This document shows, one piece after another, positions 11,840 through 24,400 of a stretch of DNA of 64,000 nucleotides; the stretch's first letter is position 1, and each line of letters starts with the position of its first letter. This DNA comes from Toensbergia leucococca (Eukaryota), in NCBI GenBank assembly GCA_022813965.1, contig JALDZS010000037.1, positions 62,001 through 126,000 on the forward strand, in the 5' to 3' direction. Below the pieces are notes generated by a model. That model was not told where the DNA came from and did not search any database. It was given only the letters and a program-made list of their open reading frames with translations. The position numbers and the translations under genes are program-made.

Positions 11840-14324
11840 CTAAACCCCCTCCTTCTCCTTTTTCTTCCTCAAACTCGCAAATCGAATCTTCGAAGGCTTT
11901 TCCTTCTCCGGTTTGTCCACGGTCGTCGTAGGCTGCAACACCGCCAATCCCAGCCCGGCCGTAGCAGCAGGCGTGGAGTGATCCTCCCCATCCGTGATGG
12001 CAGGAGAAGCCACAAATGGATTCTCATCCCGGTTACTCTCCTTATGGGTCCAGAATTTGGGTTTCTTGCTGATGCTCCTACTCCCCGGCCGGAACCGGTT
12101 CAAGCCCCCCTTCTTTTCCTTGTCCGGGGTGGCAACAACAAGACCGGCATCTGCAGCTCTGCGATCCTCGTCCGCCTTGGTAGCCTTGCTCGCTTCCACA
12201 GCGGCTTTTGTCTCTAAAGCGAGGATCTTGCCGAAATCTTTCCGCGTTTTGGTCCCGTCGTCTTTAACGCGAGCTTTTTCGAGTCTTTCGTTCTCTTTTT
12301 CCGTGGCGCGACGGCTTTTTTCTTCTTTTTGGCGCTCTTTTTTGGATTGGAGGAGGTGATCGGGGAGGGAGGATATTGGGGGCTGGAAGGTGTCATTTGC
12401 GGTAGTCATGGTCTCGGGGGTGTAGGAGGAGATGGGGTGGGCTGTTGCGGCTTTGTCGAGACTGTTGTCCCATGGCTCTGCTTCGCTTAGAAAGGGCGAC
12501 GTGGGGGATTTTGCGGATTGCAGCTCGTTTGACTTCCGGACGTGGCCGTTTGTTTTGATGCCTAGCCCAACACCTTCTTTACTTGCGACATTCACCTGCT
12601 CTGCAGCCGCAAGCCCTTCAGCGTCTTGGTCCCTCTTCACGGCTTCTAGGGTAGTCTCCTGATAGAACAGAACGTATGCGCATGCCAAGCCCGGCCTTTC
12701 GCCGAAGAAATTCCTGACGAAGCTTTTGTCGACCGGCTCGACCATTTCGTCGTCGAAAAGTAGCCAGCCCCGGTCTTCAGTCTTCACTATCGAAACGTAG
12801 TGTCCATGATATGGACCACCACCAATGTGCACCACCACAGCATACAGCTCATACAGACGATCTGGATCTTCGGCATCATCCGTTGTATTGAAAAGACGCA
12901 GATGATACGGGTATACGACTCGGTGGAATAGCTTTTGTAATCTCTGGAGATCCTCGGAGTACTTGAATCTCTTCAAGTGTAGAGCCAAAATCTTGGGTAA
13001 CCGCTTAATCTTCATACGCTTTTCTGCTTCTTGTAGGCCTCCGCAACGATCGCAATGGAACTTGTTTCTCTCGCAAAGCATTTCCTCTTCGGAGAATTTC
13101 CGTAGGCATGAGGTCACTGACGAGTGCTGATCTAAATCCACTGAAAGGTCCAGGAATGCCTCGTCACGCTGTGACACATTTTCACATGTCAAACACTTCG
13201 TTTCCGACGTCAGCGTTCCTTCAAAAAGCTCGTGTACCCATCTTGTGATGTTGGGTGATCGAGCACCGTTTGCCATCGATGGCGTCCCCAATGCTAATGC
13301 CTTTTCAAAGTCCCCATGTTCTGCTGAACCATTCAAGCCTTTATCCGCTTCGATTTTCTTCGCATTGGCTTCAACATTGGCTACGACCTCATTAAGTAAA
13401 AGATTCAAAAATTCATGAGCATCCTGGTGCATGGAGCTTCGAAACATTTCGTTTTCTTTCCGTAATACCTCGAGGAATTTGCCAGGGCTAACGACGCCGG
13501 TCCTCGATTGGGTTGCTATTATGGCTTCAAAAATGTCTTTTAAAGATGAGAAAAGTGATTCGGTCATTCCGTAACTGGGAGCATTATCATAATTCATCGG
13601 CAGTATAGGCCCATTTAGCATCGCTTGCTTCTTTTTATATTCGGGTGATTCTTTGTCTTCGGGTTTTGGAGGTGGTCCTGGTCCTGCCGTGTTCCGTGTC
13701 GAAGGACTCATTGTCGGCGTCTTGGCTCTTGCAGGGGACATGGCCCCATTAAGCTGAGGAGTAGAGCTAGTATTTATCCGCGGTAGTCTTGGAGGTGTGA
13801 CATGTATCGTTTCCAGAGGCGTTCTTTTGGGATAATTAATGACTTGTTCTCGAAAAGGTACCGAATAGTATAAGCATTGAAGTATTGAATTACAGTAGCT
13901 GAGTGACGCCGAGTTAGTACCTTTTCTCCACTGTAGAAAGACGAATGTACCATGTGTTCCCAAACTACGAGCAACTGCTATTAGAAAAGAAGATCTGGGG
14001 TAACCAGGACTGAATGGTTCACTTACGTTTTCCATGCCAAAATACTTGTCACTGCCATCGTTGCGCACAGGACCCAGGTTTTCAAGAAGCTTTTCAAGAG
14101 GTGTCGGTTGGGGTGCGTTCGGGTCCTTTTTCGCAGGCGATGATGCAGCTGAAGGTGTGGAACCTACCTACAGGGTTTCAGTACACGACGTTCCTCTTTG
14201 AAAGCCTTTAAGGACCCATTTGTCCGCATTCAAAGACAAACCCTCTAGAGAAATAGGAGTATTAGGAGAGGATGGGGAAATTACTGACAGCACTGGAACG
14301 TAATTTTCCAAAGAAGGATGACAT
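11840..14324 (-). CDS. creB: Ubiquitin carboxyl-terminal hydrolase, USP12/46-UBP9/13 type (CreB)
   Basis: Spliced Cys box [29 protein letters not shown], His box GPYHGHYVS and WLLFDDE. Confidence 0.92.
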
Positions 14325-15332
14325 TTCGACGTCGCGTCCACGAGGTAGATTGCAAATAAATTAGATCGGCCGAGGATTATACATCTGAGCTGCTCTTGCT
14401 CTCGAAAGCCGTCGATAGTAATGATGCACGCGATTGCTCTAAAGAGTGACTGGGCGCAAGGGTGGGGGCGGGGGTGAGCAGTGGATAGTGTAGGTGATGT
14501 AGATCGCTAGATAGTACGATAGACAATTATGTAAAACGATGGGCGAGTGAGATGTGGTAGTGGAGTCAGCATGTAGAGGAGAATGGTGAAGTGTAAAATT
14601 GGAGATGTTCTTTTGGATGTGGGGGACTACGCTCTTTTACTGGCTACTCGGTCCAACTTAAGAATATGAATTGCCCTAGCTTTTACTGGTGTAGGTAAGG
14701 TAGTTCGAGTACGCGTGCTAAAGTACCTCAAGGTAAGTACAATGGAAGTAGACAAGTCAATTACTGGTGCTGGGTGCCGTTGTTACAAGACCACCTTCCA
14801 TTCATGCTACTCCCGCAGTCGCAGTGTAGAAGCTTGGAAGTCTCACATACAGCCAATGAGCAAGCATGGTGATGTGGAATGTCTCTGGAATCTTCCGATG
14901 GTCGTCGCCTAGCCCATGGCGCCGTCGTTGGTGTCGTTCTTTAGTACCTCCCAGCGACTGCAAGATGACGAAACTCTCCGTGAAACGCACCTGAAGCGCT
15001 TCTTGGAAACTTGACATTTAATGACCGACTACCTTACCTCCTTACCTGTCCACCTCGAGTATGCTCTGCGTCGATGCACTTCGTCAACTATGTGTGCGAG
15101 AATGATACAATGATAATACTTGTAATGACTTCTCGGCACTCGATACGGATATATACAGAGTAGATTTCGATCGACGCGAGCCTCAACCGACGAATTCTTG
15201 TAGAAGTCCTAACCCTAACCCTGAGCCCTAGGAGCCGAGGACATCAGCAACCTTTGAGAAACCTAGCTAAACGCCGTGACAACACAGTGCTCCTCCAGTA
15301 CACAGTACAACGAATCCCATGAACCCTAGATA

Positions 15333-18300
15333 TCATACATCAACATCAGTCCCAGACTCCTCAGCATACCCAGATATTTTCTTGGCCCGTCGTTCACTGC
15401 CGTACCCGTCTAGCGCCTGCCACATCTCCCGTTCTTCTTCACTAGATAGAACTCCTGGATGGCTTTCAATGTATTTTCTGCGCACCCCCATAGCCTGTGC
15501 ATCCCAGTCCATGAGTCGATCCTCAAAATTCGCCACACTTTCACTATCAGCAAGTCGGTTGCTACTGGTCTGCTCCAGGTAAGGTCTTTTCACATCTTCC
15601 GGTGCCTGTCGCCACATCAAACCTAACGCGCCACGCACCTCACCTTTCGAAGCTTTGGCTTCCGCGTTACCTGTCGCTGCTCGACGTGCGTCATCGCACA
15701 CCTGTTTACAGATAGCCCATTTATCTTTAGTGTACAGCAAAAATGGATTAGCCCGCCTTTTGCCAGGTTTAGATGGACGAAAGCCCAATTCATCAAATAT
15801 TGCTTTCAGAATTTCGGATTCGAACGACTCGAGACGTGCCTGTTTGACGCCTTCCGACTCATCAAGAGCTGGGCTTTCAGCTTTACGCTTGGAATTCGAA
15901 GCTCTTGGACTAGGCTCTGGTCTGACGGCGATTGGAACCAACGGGCTAGGTATTTCAATAGGCCCCAGCAACGAGTCAATAACTTCAGAAGCCGCTCTCA
16001 ATCCCGAAATATAAGCCCCGTGTACTGTAGCTGGATGCGTCCCACAGGTTGCCTCGCCCGCGAAATGGAGGTTCCCCACGGGGCGTGCCATTGCATCATA
16101 GTCCCCTGGTTGAGATGTGGAGCCAACATACGAGTAAGTACCACGAGCGAAACGATCATTGCCCCATCTTGTCACAATAGTCTCCAAGGGCTGAGGTACA
16201 CTCTTCTGCTTGAACATTAGGGCTAGCTGTTGCGTGACCTCAGAAACCAGATCTGCGTCACCGAGCGATTCGGCTTGATGGGCGGCATCGCCAGCCATAA
16301 GTGCGATTAACACTGGCCGACCGCTGGTCTTGATACAGTTCCAGAAAAGGTAGAATCGTCCTCGATTGGATACGTAGTCTTCCTGGTCTAGGCTGTCACT
16401 CACTTCGGCCTCCCTTAGTAGACCGAACATGTCTTGGTCTATATTCCAAAACGCCTCCTCGTAGACGAGAACGACCTTGTTCAAGGTCCCAAACCCCAAT
16501 CGATCAATTGCCTCAAGTTTCCATTCAGGCAGATTCGGACTGAAGGCAATAGTATTATCCTTCAAGACACCCAATGGAGTCGTCAAGACAACTCGGTCTG
16601 CTTCGAGAATGTCGCCATCTTCACAAAGCACTTTAGCCGTGCCTCCCAAAATGTCGTCCTTGTCGTAGTCTATCTGTTTCACTACTTTGCGAGTACGAAG
16701 ATCCAGCTTTGAGGGATATTGCCAAATGGCTCGTGGAACTTGTTGATAACCACCTATGACCTGTGCATGTTCGCCTTCGAATTCATTGCCTATATCCTGG
16801 TCCCAGCCACTAAGGCTGAGCTTGTCAACATTAACAGCATTGGCGTATTCAAGATTTGCGTAATGCCAGTTTAACATGCGCATGTCCTGCGGTGACAGGT
16901 CTAATAGAAACTGATACTGCTTGACTGCCTCGTCCATAGCCGCTCCCAGGGTTGGGAATTCCGCCGACTTGGCAACAACATCTAAATTGAGGTCTTGGTA
17001 GGCCAAAACGCTTGATGCTAACCGCCATCCCATAGCCTCAGCGGCGACCGCGGGTGGAACCTTGATCCGAGAGCCAGGGACTGTTGGAGCCTTTCCGGTC
17101 AGTCTATCCAACCCACCTGGAACGTGCTCAACTCCGTTATCATTATCGTTCATACAATTTCGATAAGCTGAATCTTGTTCGTTCTCCATCTCGCTTATGG
17201 TATTACCGCCTTCGCCAGTAGGATCTCGTCCAGCCTCGATCAGCTCTCGAGTGCCTTCGATTGTCGCAGGAGTCGGTACTTTGTTGCGATAGACACTAGC
17301 CCGATCAAGAATATCATTGAATAGTTTCTCAACCATAATATCTCTCGTTTTGTCCACTACCTGGCCGTCTAAGTCGAACAAGGTCGAATTGTCTTTCAAA
17401 GGATAGTAATGCAAGGCCAACTGACCACGTATGATCATGTTCAAAGGATTTCCGTGGTCAAAGCCAGTAATTATATGCGCACCCATCTCCGCTGTACATC
17501 GCAACGGCTCGGAGAGGCTACTGGACGATTGGATTTTCAGAGGATGGGAATAGACCCGTCCACCTAACCTACCGCGACCCTCCAAAACCACGACCTTAGG
17601 CGGCTCCTCGCCAACAGAAATCCACTTCTCCCGATAATGAGAGAAAAGCCCTTCGAGTTGCCTGGCACATCCCAAGCCTGCCATCCCAGCTCCGACAATG
17701 ATCATAGTTTTTCTTTTCGGGCGTTTCGTTTTGAGCTTCTTGACCTTCACGTCTGATGTGTCAGGGATTTCTACACACCCAAAGTTGATGTACCCTTTCC
17801 TAATTAACCACTCGTATGCAACTTCTGCCAGGCCCAACCATCTCGACGATAGAGCGCACCCGGCTGCTTCTTCTGCCGTAACGCTCACTAGTGGATTTCT
17901 GACCCACAGCCGCAGGATACGATTTCGTATGTTGAGATATGCAGACACATGGAGATGACATATGTGATCTCGAAGAATCAAATATTCATTTGGATGAAGG
18001 GCAAAAGGATTCAGTCTCGATGAATATGCTGCATGTATGCTCTGACGTGCTATTTCAGCGTGGGTGTAATCTAGAGGAATAGTGGTTCTCGGTCGAAGAT
18101 CGGCGAATCGTAATTGAGTAGGTTTGATGGATTTCTTGCGAGGTTTAGAAGGCGTGGTCTTCACGGGGGGTAACAAATTGGCGGGTGTCGTAGATTTAGC
18201 AGGAGATAATTGAGATGAGATAGAAGATGCAGGAGATGAAGGTTTCCGAGTAATACTTATCACATTATGCTCTTCCATCTCTTCTCCGGTGAAACTTGGT

Positions 18301-18812
18301 CCAGCTGAAGTATGAGAAGAAAATCCCGAGGTTTTTGAAGGAGTGCTGCTCATTCTCTGGGAATGTGTTGTACCATCGGAGACGTCGGCAGCTTGTATTA
18401 ATGTATCCAAATCCATATGCTTCAAAGAATTCTCAGGACCATCTTGGAAGTCGTTTGATAAGCTGCGCCTACCATCAGTTGAGAATGCATACCATCCATT
18501 CATACCGGAAGCAGAAGGACCGCACCCATTGCGAGGCTTAGGTTCGAATGATTGGGCGAGAGCGTATGAATCAACACTTGGAGTCAGCGGGAGACGTAAA
18601 TGTTCAAACAAGTCCGAATGAGATTCCAATTCTTGATAATCTGGCTCGAGCATGTTGCTATGGTTATAACTTTTCGATGGGTGAGGCATTTTATTTGAAG
18701 TTGCAAACCAAGATGCCAACGGGTCCAAATCATGTTCAGACTGTATCAGACTCGCTTTTGAATTGAAGAGGATTTGGTTCTTTAGCTCAACATCCTTCCT
18801 GATGCCTGCCAT
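15333..18812 (-). CDS. LSD1/KDM1-like flavin-dependent histone demethylase (SWIRM + amine oxidase + HMG box)
   Basis: SWIRM (YLNIRNRIL..WL.RKGYINFG), GAGMAG FAD motif, GFGTLNKV, FAGEAT..HPATVHGA and an HMG-like ANPFLLY C-terminus. The start is the first ATG of the long ORF and is uncertain. Confidence 0.9.
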   Translation of the reverse strand: MAGIRKDVELKNQILFNSKASLIQSEHDLDPLASWFATSNKMPHPSKSYNHSNMLEPDYQELESHSDLFEHLRLPLTPSVDSYALAQSFEPKPRNGCGPSASGMNGWYAFSTDGRRSLSNDFQDGPENSLKHMDLDTLIQAADVSDGTTHSQRMSSTPSKTSGFSSHTSAGPSFTGEEMEEHNVISITRKPSSPASSISSQLSPAKSTTPANLLPPVKTTPSKPRKKSIKPTQLRFADLRPRTTIPLDYTHAEIARQSIHAAYSSRLNPFALHPNEYLILRDHICHLHVSAYLNIRNRILRLWVRNPLVSVTAEEAAGCALSSRWLGLAEVAYEWLIRKGYINFGCVEIPDTSDVKVKKLKTKRPKRKTMIIVGAGMAGLGCARQLEGLFSHYREKWISVGEEPPKVVVLEGRGRLGGRVYSHPLKIQSSSSLSEPLRCTAEMGAHIITGFDHGNPLNMIIRGQLALHYYPLKDNSTLFDLDGQVVDKTRDIMVEKLFNDILDRASVYRNKVPTPATIEGTRELIEAGRDPTGEGGNTISEMENEQDSAYRNCMNDNDNGVEHVPGGLDRLTGKAPTVPGSRIKVPPAVAAEAMGWRLASSVLAYQDLNLDVVAKSAEFPTLGAAMDEAVKQYQFLLDLSPQDMRMLNWHYANLEYANAVNVDKLSLSGWDQDIGNEFEGEHAQVIGGYQQVPRAIWQYPSKLDLRTRKVVKQIDYDKDDILGGTAKVLCEDGDILEADRVVLTTPLGVLKDNTIAFSPNLPEWKLEAIDRLGFGTLNKVVLVYEEAFWNIDQDMFGLLREAEVSDSLDQEDYVSNRGRFYLFWNCIKTSGRPVLIALMAGDAAHQAESLGDADLVSEVTQQLALMFKQKSVPQPLETIVTRWGNDRFARGTYSYVGSTSQPGDYDAMARPVGNLHFAGEATCGTHPATVHGAYISGLRAASEVIDSLLGPIEIPSPLVPIAVRPEPSPRASNSKRKAESPALDESEGVKQARLESFESEILKAIFDELGFRPSKPGKRRANPFLLYTKDKWAICKQVCDDARRAATGNAEAKASKGEVRGALGLMWRQAPEDVKRPYLEQTSSNRLADSESVANFEDRLMDWDAQAMGVRRKYIESHPGVLSSEEEREMWQALDGYGSERRAKKISGYAEESGTDVDV

Positions 18813-19927
18813 AGATGGCCTATGCAGGGAAGCAATGGACAACGACCTCGGCCTATGATTCACGATTCTTTATCGATGCATTCCTTCTTTTTAAAGTAGA
18901 TGGACCGGAACAATATCTATACCCTGATGACTGTCAGCTTTTGATTCTGACAACTCCACGGTGCATATAAAAATGCAAATTTTCCGAGCCAGTCCAATTA
19001 CCTGCAGAAACCAGGCATCCACGGCGGACGAGTAGAGCTGCGACTTACTCTTATTAGGCCGCGGCAACTGAAATGAGGGAAAGGAAAATTATAAGACCTT
19101 GGCAGAGTGAATTCGGGAAGTGAGACGACGGTTAAGGCCAGCGTTCTTCCAGTTGCAAGCCTAATCGAGGAATCGAGGAATGGTTCGGAGGCGGAGGATC
19201 TCGGTTACTAGGCTGGTATCCCTCTGATGTCGACGACATGCCTTGGAATACTCCATACCTACCGTGCTACCATAAACGACAATGAACAAGCTTGAATAAG
19301 ACCATCTTAGGCCCAAAAGATGAACCTCACCGACAAGCAGGAAATCATCGAGCTCGCCAATTATCCCTCGGCCTTGATTCTTCCCTGGACCCCGCCGAGC
19401 CCGCCCTACTATTAGTCTTTCGTTTCTGAAAGAAAATCACTCAGGATCTACAGATGAAAACGAATGAACAGCCTCATCTGTTCCCGCACATTCCATAATT
19501 CCACTCTGTGTAAGGTGTCAGAACCCAATTACTTACTTTTTAATCCAGGTATATACACGAGTGCGAAGACGCACCGTCGTCATCACCGATCATATGCTTA
19601 AGCCGTCACAGCTTTCCAGCGTCATCTACGCTTTAGGGGTCCCTTTATTAGGATGTAGAATAACGACTTTGGGGATCAGGACTGCAGGACAACCCCACCG
19701 TTGTGCCCGAAGACTGTTTATGACATGGACAGCCTGGTGCCATCATGCGTGCATGGATATGGCGCTGGAGACATACCATAGAATCGATATAGTGGGTGTC
19801 TTGTTGGGAGGGAACAGCTCCATATCGAAAATTTCAATGCCTCTAAACCTGCTGCACCAATGCTAATCAGGCGGACTTGAAGACCTAAAGCCGCCCAGAA
19901 CATGCTTATCTCAAGCCAAACTCCCTA

Positions 19928-21133
19928 TCACCGCTTCATCGAATTGATCATCTCCTGATGTGTCGCTTTCTCCCTGTTTGCATCGCTCAGAGGTGGTATA
20001 CCTGCAGCAGATCAGAAATCGCAAGGGGAAAAAGATTAGTAGGAACACCATACTTCGAAGATCTCCCACAACGTCCTTGGCTTTCCCAAAATACACCTCC
20101 TCTGCAGCAAAAGCATTAGCCAAGGAACCCTCCCAAAATAACACAAATCAAGCACATACGCATCAGATTCCTCATCTTCAACTCCATATCCTCCACCAGC
20201 TTCCCAACATTGACAATATGACTCGCATCGTCCTCAACCGGCATATCCTGCTCAATCTGCCGAGTCATATTCCCACCAAGGTCCATCTCCCCTAGATCAT
20301 CGCTCCCCGTACTGAGATGCAATATAACCGTACTCGTAAGCTTGTAATGTGCCGTCCTGGCTCGATCAAGCGCCTCGAAAACGTGAATCGAGTCCCACCC
20401 TCCCTTGCTTTTCCCCGTCGGCGTCGCTGCAGGCCCTTAGAATCAATCTCGCACATAAATCCGTAGAGTCAGATGCACATACTCTTCTTCAACAACACCA
20501 CCCCGGCAAATCCATCTTCCAAATCCCAAAAATAGACACTACTCACCCCTCCCTCATAGTACCTACTCCCCACACATCCCCTCAAGTCAGCACTCAATCA
20601 CACAAATGCTCAGAATTCCCCTCTGCACTCCTCGCAATCTCCTATCTCCCCTCGCCCTCACCATCACCATCAATGCCCAAATCAAAACTCTCCCATCCAA
20701 TACGAAGGAAAATCCCTAACTCACAACTCTCTATAAACTTCAACCCCCTCCCCCATCCGAACCTCCAACCCCCTAACCCGATCACTCGGCCTCGCCCCTT
20801 CCTCTCCATCTCCCAAACTTGGCTCGAACTCGTTACTCCACGGACTCCGCCAGCTATCCCCATCTCGGTTGTAATCGCAAAGTAGGTAATCCCGTCCCGT
20901 CTTGTTACATCGTCGGATCTCAAGCGGTTGGTCGACGGAGGAGAGAAGCTCTTCGGTCAGGTGCGGGGCGAGGGTGCAGATGTTTTGAAGGTGAAGGGAG
21001 GTGGAGTGGGGGGGCAGGCGGCGGAGGAGATCGCTGGTGGGCCGGAGATTAATTGGGAAGGCTGGGACAGCGAGGTGTGAAGGGCTTACAGGGCGCTATC
21101 AAATTGAGCTTCTGGAGATATTTCTGTAGACAT
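19928..21133 (-). CDS. CAP2: F-actin capping protein beta subunit, spliced
   Basis: [71 protein letters not shown] and [11 protein letters not shown]. Confidence 0.93.
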
Positions 21134-21414
21134 TTTCGAGAAAAGTGGTTGTGAGGATGCAAGATGAAGTGAGTATATGTATTTATCTCGTTTAAAGAGA
21201 TTATGCACTGTCTACCGCTACACTACCTTACTCTGTACGCATATTATTGCTACATGGTGATAGTGATATAGTAGTCAGGCTTTCCTCGAGTTGTATTCTC
21301 AAGACTCTCATTTTTATTGCTAAGAAAATTTTATTATGCAAAAAGCTATATAGTAAGTCTTAGACACATTGGTGCCAGTTATATGACTCTCAGTTGGCCA
21401 TCCTGGGCCCGTCA

Positions 21415-24400
21415 TCAATCGTCACTATCATCCTCTACTATTCGTTTCCTTGGTTTTCTTTGACTCAACCGAGGTAGAACGTTTGCCTTCGTGGTCCCGG
21501 CTAGCGCTCTCGCTGTTACGGAACCTGGCCTTTTGACCAGTGTATCAAAGGCAGGGAGGTCGTCTTCTGAATTCGATTTCGTGTCGTACAATTTGTCCTG
21601 TGACTGATAGAAGGGTTTGCTAGCTTGTACTAGAGGAGGAGGGGAAGATTTGTGCAGCGGAAATCCTTCGTCCTCTTCTAGATCATCATCGAGGAGATCA
21701 CCTTGATCATCAACACTTTCATCTCCACTCTCAGATGAACTAAGGTCAACACATGATGTCGTTCGTACACCTGATACACAGGGATCTGAGTGCTTCTTAC
21801 CATTCAGTGGAGATCTCGGCTTCAGAGCGTTGGGGCTGGGGCTTTTTGACAGATGTGAATTGCCCGGTGAGCCCCGAAAGAATGAGGCACGCTTTTCTGC
21901 CTGAGCATCAGCAATTTTTCGATCATTCTTGTGGAGATTCTTCAGGTATCGTTCGGTCCCAGAGCTAGTCACGTTGTGTATTATGTTCAGCATATTGACA
22001 GTGCTTCTAGTTGTTCGTCCATGCCCTACATGCTTCGTCTTCCTCAAGACTCGCTGTACTTCTGGGAATGCATCAAATCTTGGCACTTCCACAATTTGCG
22101 GTGTGTCTCCTCCAACATCTAGATAGCTGCGTTCCAGTTCTTTTTCCTCGGATGCTGTGAGAAGCACCTCGTCCAAGGTTGGAATTGACTCTGGTGTTAG
22201 AGAACGACTTGGTAGTGATCGAAGGTTCGAGAGAAGATTGTCATCCCCACTACCACTATCATCATCTTCGTCACCAACCTTCGAGGCCCTTACGAATCCA
22301 GTGCGTACTCCATCAGGCATATGAAATTTCTTTGGTGGTTTCTTGGGTGCTTTCCCCCTTCTCTTCGGCTCAGGCAAATCCGGCTGGGTATTCTCTAACG
22401 GAATTTCAATGACTCGCTTATCAACAACCGGCAGTATGTCTTTGGGAACGATACGTCGAGATTGCTCATCATGGAAATTGAATCGGGTACCAGCAGAGAT
22501 TTCTTGCTGCATCTTTTCGTAATTGTCCTTGGCCTTGATGAAATTGTTCTCCTCCTTTCCTCTCATAAGCATCACGACAATATTACCAGCTCGTTTCCGT
22601 CCTGTCCTACCCATGCGCTGGAGCATCCTAATAGGTGAAGCAGAGGCGTCATAACACACAATAAGATCAACCTCTCCTATATCAAGACCTTCCTCGCCAA
22701 TGGAAGTCGCTACAAGTGTGTTGTATATACCATCCTTGAATTTTTGAACAACTGAGAGTTGCGCCTTCTGGTCCATCCCGTCAGATCCCTTGGAGTTCGC
22801 TTGCCCAACGAAGACGTGAGGTCGAATCATGGGTTCGTTCCTCTTCAACACTCTCGCAACTTCCTCCGCACTAGCACGGTAGTGCACAAAGACCATGATC
22901 CTTGTGCCTGAAGGGTTAGCAGCTCCTCGACCATCACCTGCGTCGAGAAAGTGATTCAGAACTACGCTCCGCAGATACTCAAGTTTCGGGTGTCCAACAA
23001 AATCAGGATTGTGCATCCAACCTTGAAGTCGAGTCATCATGGTGCAAAATTCTTCACTTTCATTGATTTGCTTGCTGTACTTGCTTGTCTTCTCGGCACA
23101 TTTTAACTCATTGCGGAAGTCCAACACCTTATGGTAGAATGGCCCGATCCCATGAAACTTGAGTAGCTCTATTCCATGAGCTAAACTGGCGAGTAGGGTG
23201 AAAATTGTGTTCACCATGCCTTTCACTGGAAAAGAGGCTTTCCTTCCGGCGTCAGATGACATCCACTTCTGCCTGGCCTGATTACACCCATACGTACTCA
23301 AAGCCATTGGATCTTTGGTCCAGTACGCGTTCATGCCGTTCAGCTTGTCCAAGCAAGGCTGCAGTGCCTTGGCATAGAGATCCATGACCATAACCATTTC
23401 ATCCGTGTAGTCAAATAGGACTGTCTCAATCTTCCTGGAATGTACGTATTGGCGAATGTCGATGGACTCCTCAGTCCGTATCTCGACCCTGGAGATTTCA
23501 AGGCCATCGATAACTTCTTGCACGCTTTCGACCGATGCTCCGGGCGTTGCTGTCAATGCCAAGACTCGGAAGCTCGAGTTGAAACGTCTCAGAAACCTGA
23601 CAATCTCCACGTATGCATATCCACCTGTTGCGCGATGGGCTTCGTCGACTACTAAAAGCACAAGCCTTTTCGGGTCACAGATACCAGACTTCAGATCGTT
23701 GATGATTGTCTGAGGCGTCATGAAGAAAACTCGTTTGCTCATCCATTCTTCAGCTCGTAACCCCGGTGCAGTGCCTCCAGTAAGCATGGTAGTTGTAGAT
23801 CGAGGGATGCCAGCTATATCGAAACAGGCTTTCACTTGTTGCGCTACCAAAGGCTTTGTTGGTGCGACAAATGCTATTTGCGCATCCACAGTCCATCGAA
23901 ACCAGTTCAACATTATCGTAGCTGCAATGAACGTTTTCCCCAAGCCAGTAGGTAGGGCCACGAGTAGGTTGTGGTATAAGCCTCTAGCAACAATACTATA
24001 CTGGTAGTCCCGTATAGTTCCGAGATTCGTAGGATAAACCCACGTCTTAAGGGCGTCAGTATTAAGCTTGTGATGAGTGGAAGGCTCTTCTCTATTCGCC
24101 AATGGCCAATTGTGGTGTCTTGTGGATTGCGCCTGCGACTGCGAGTTGGTTTCTGGAGCCCTTTCCCCGAATAAAGTTGTTTGGCGAAGATTTTTTTGAA
24201 GGCCGACGGTATGGTTCCTTTGAGTCTCCCCAAAAAATTTGTCGTATGCATCAGCCTGCTGGGAAGATGCATGTATAGGCTGGTCTAAGCTACCTCTAGC
24301 AGCCTGCGCAGGTGAGGAGAATGCATCAGAGGGTAGATCTGCTAGTATATCTGCGGGTCCCGGGCTGAAGCTCTCTTCATCTCTACTTCGTAGAGCCTGT

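Noticed and set aside
9672..11931. Numerous 60-160 aa ORFs downstream of creB
   Set aside because: Low-complexity translations (Pro/Ser/Lys or Gly/Arg) of skewed DNA with no consistent splice model.
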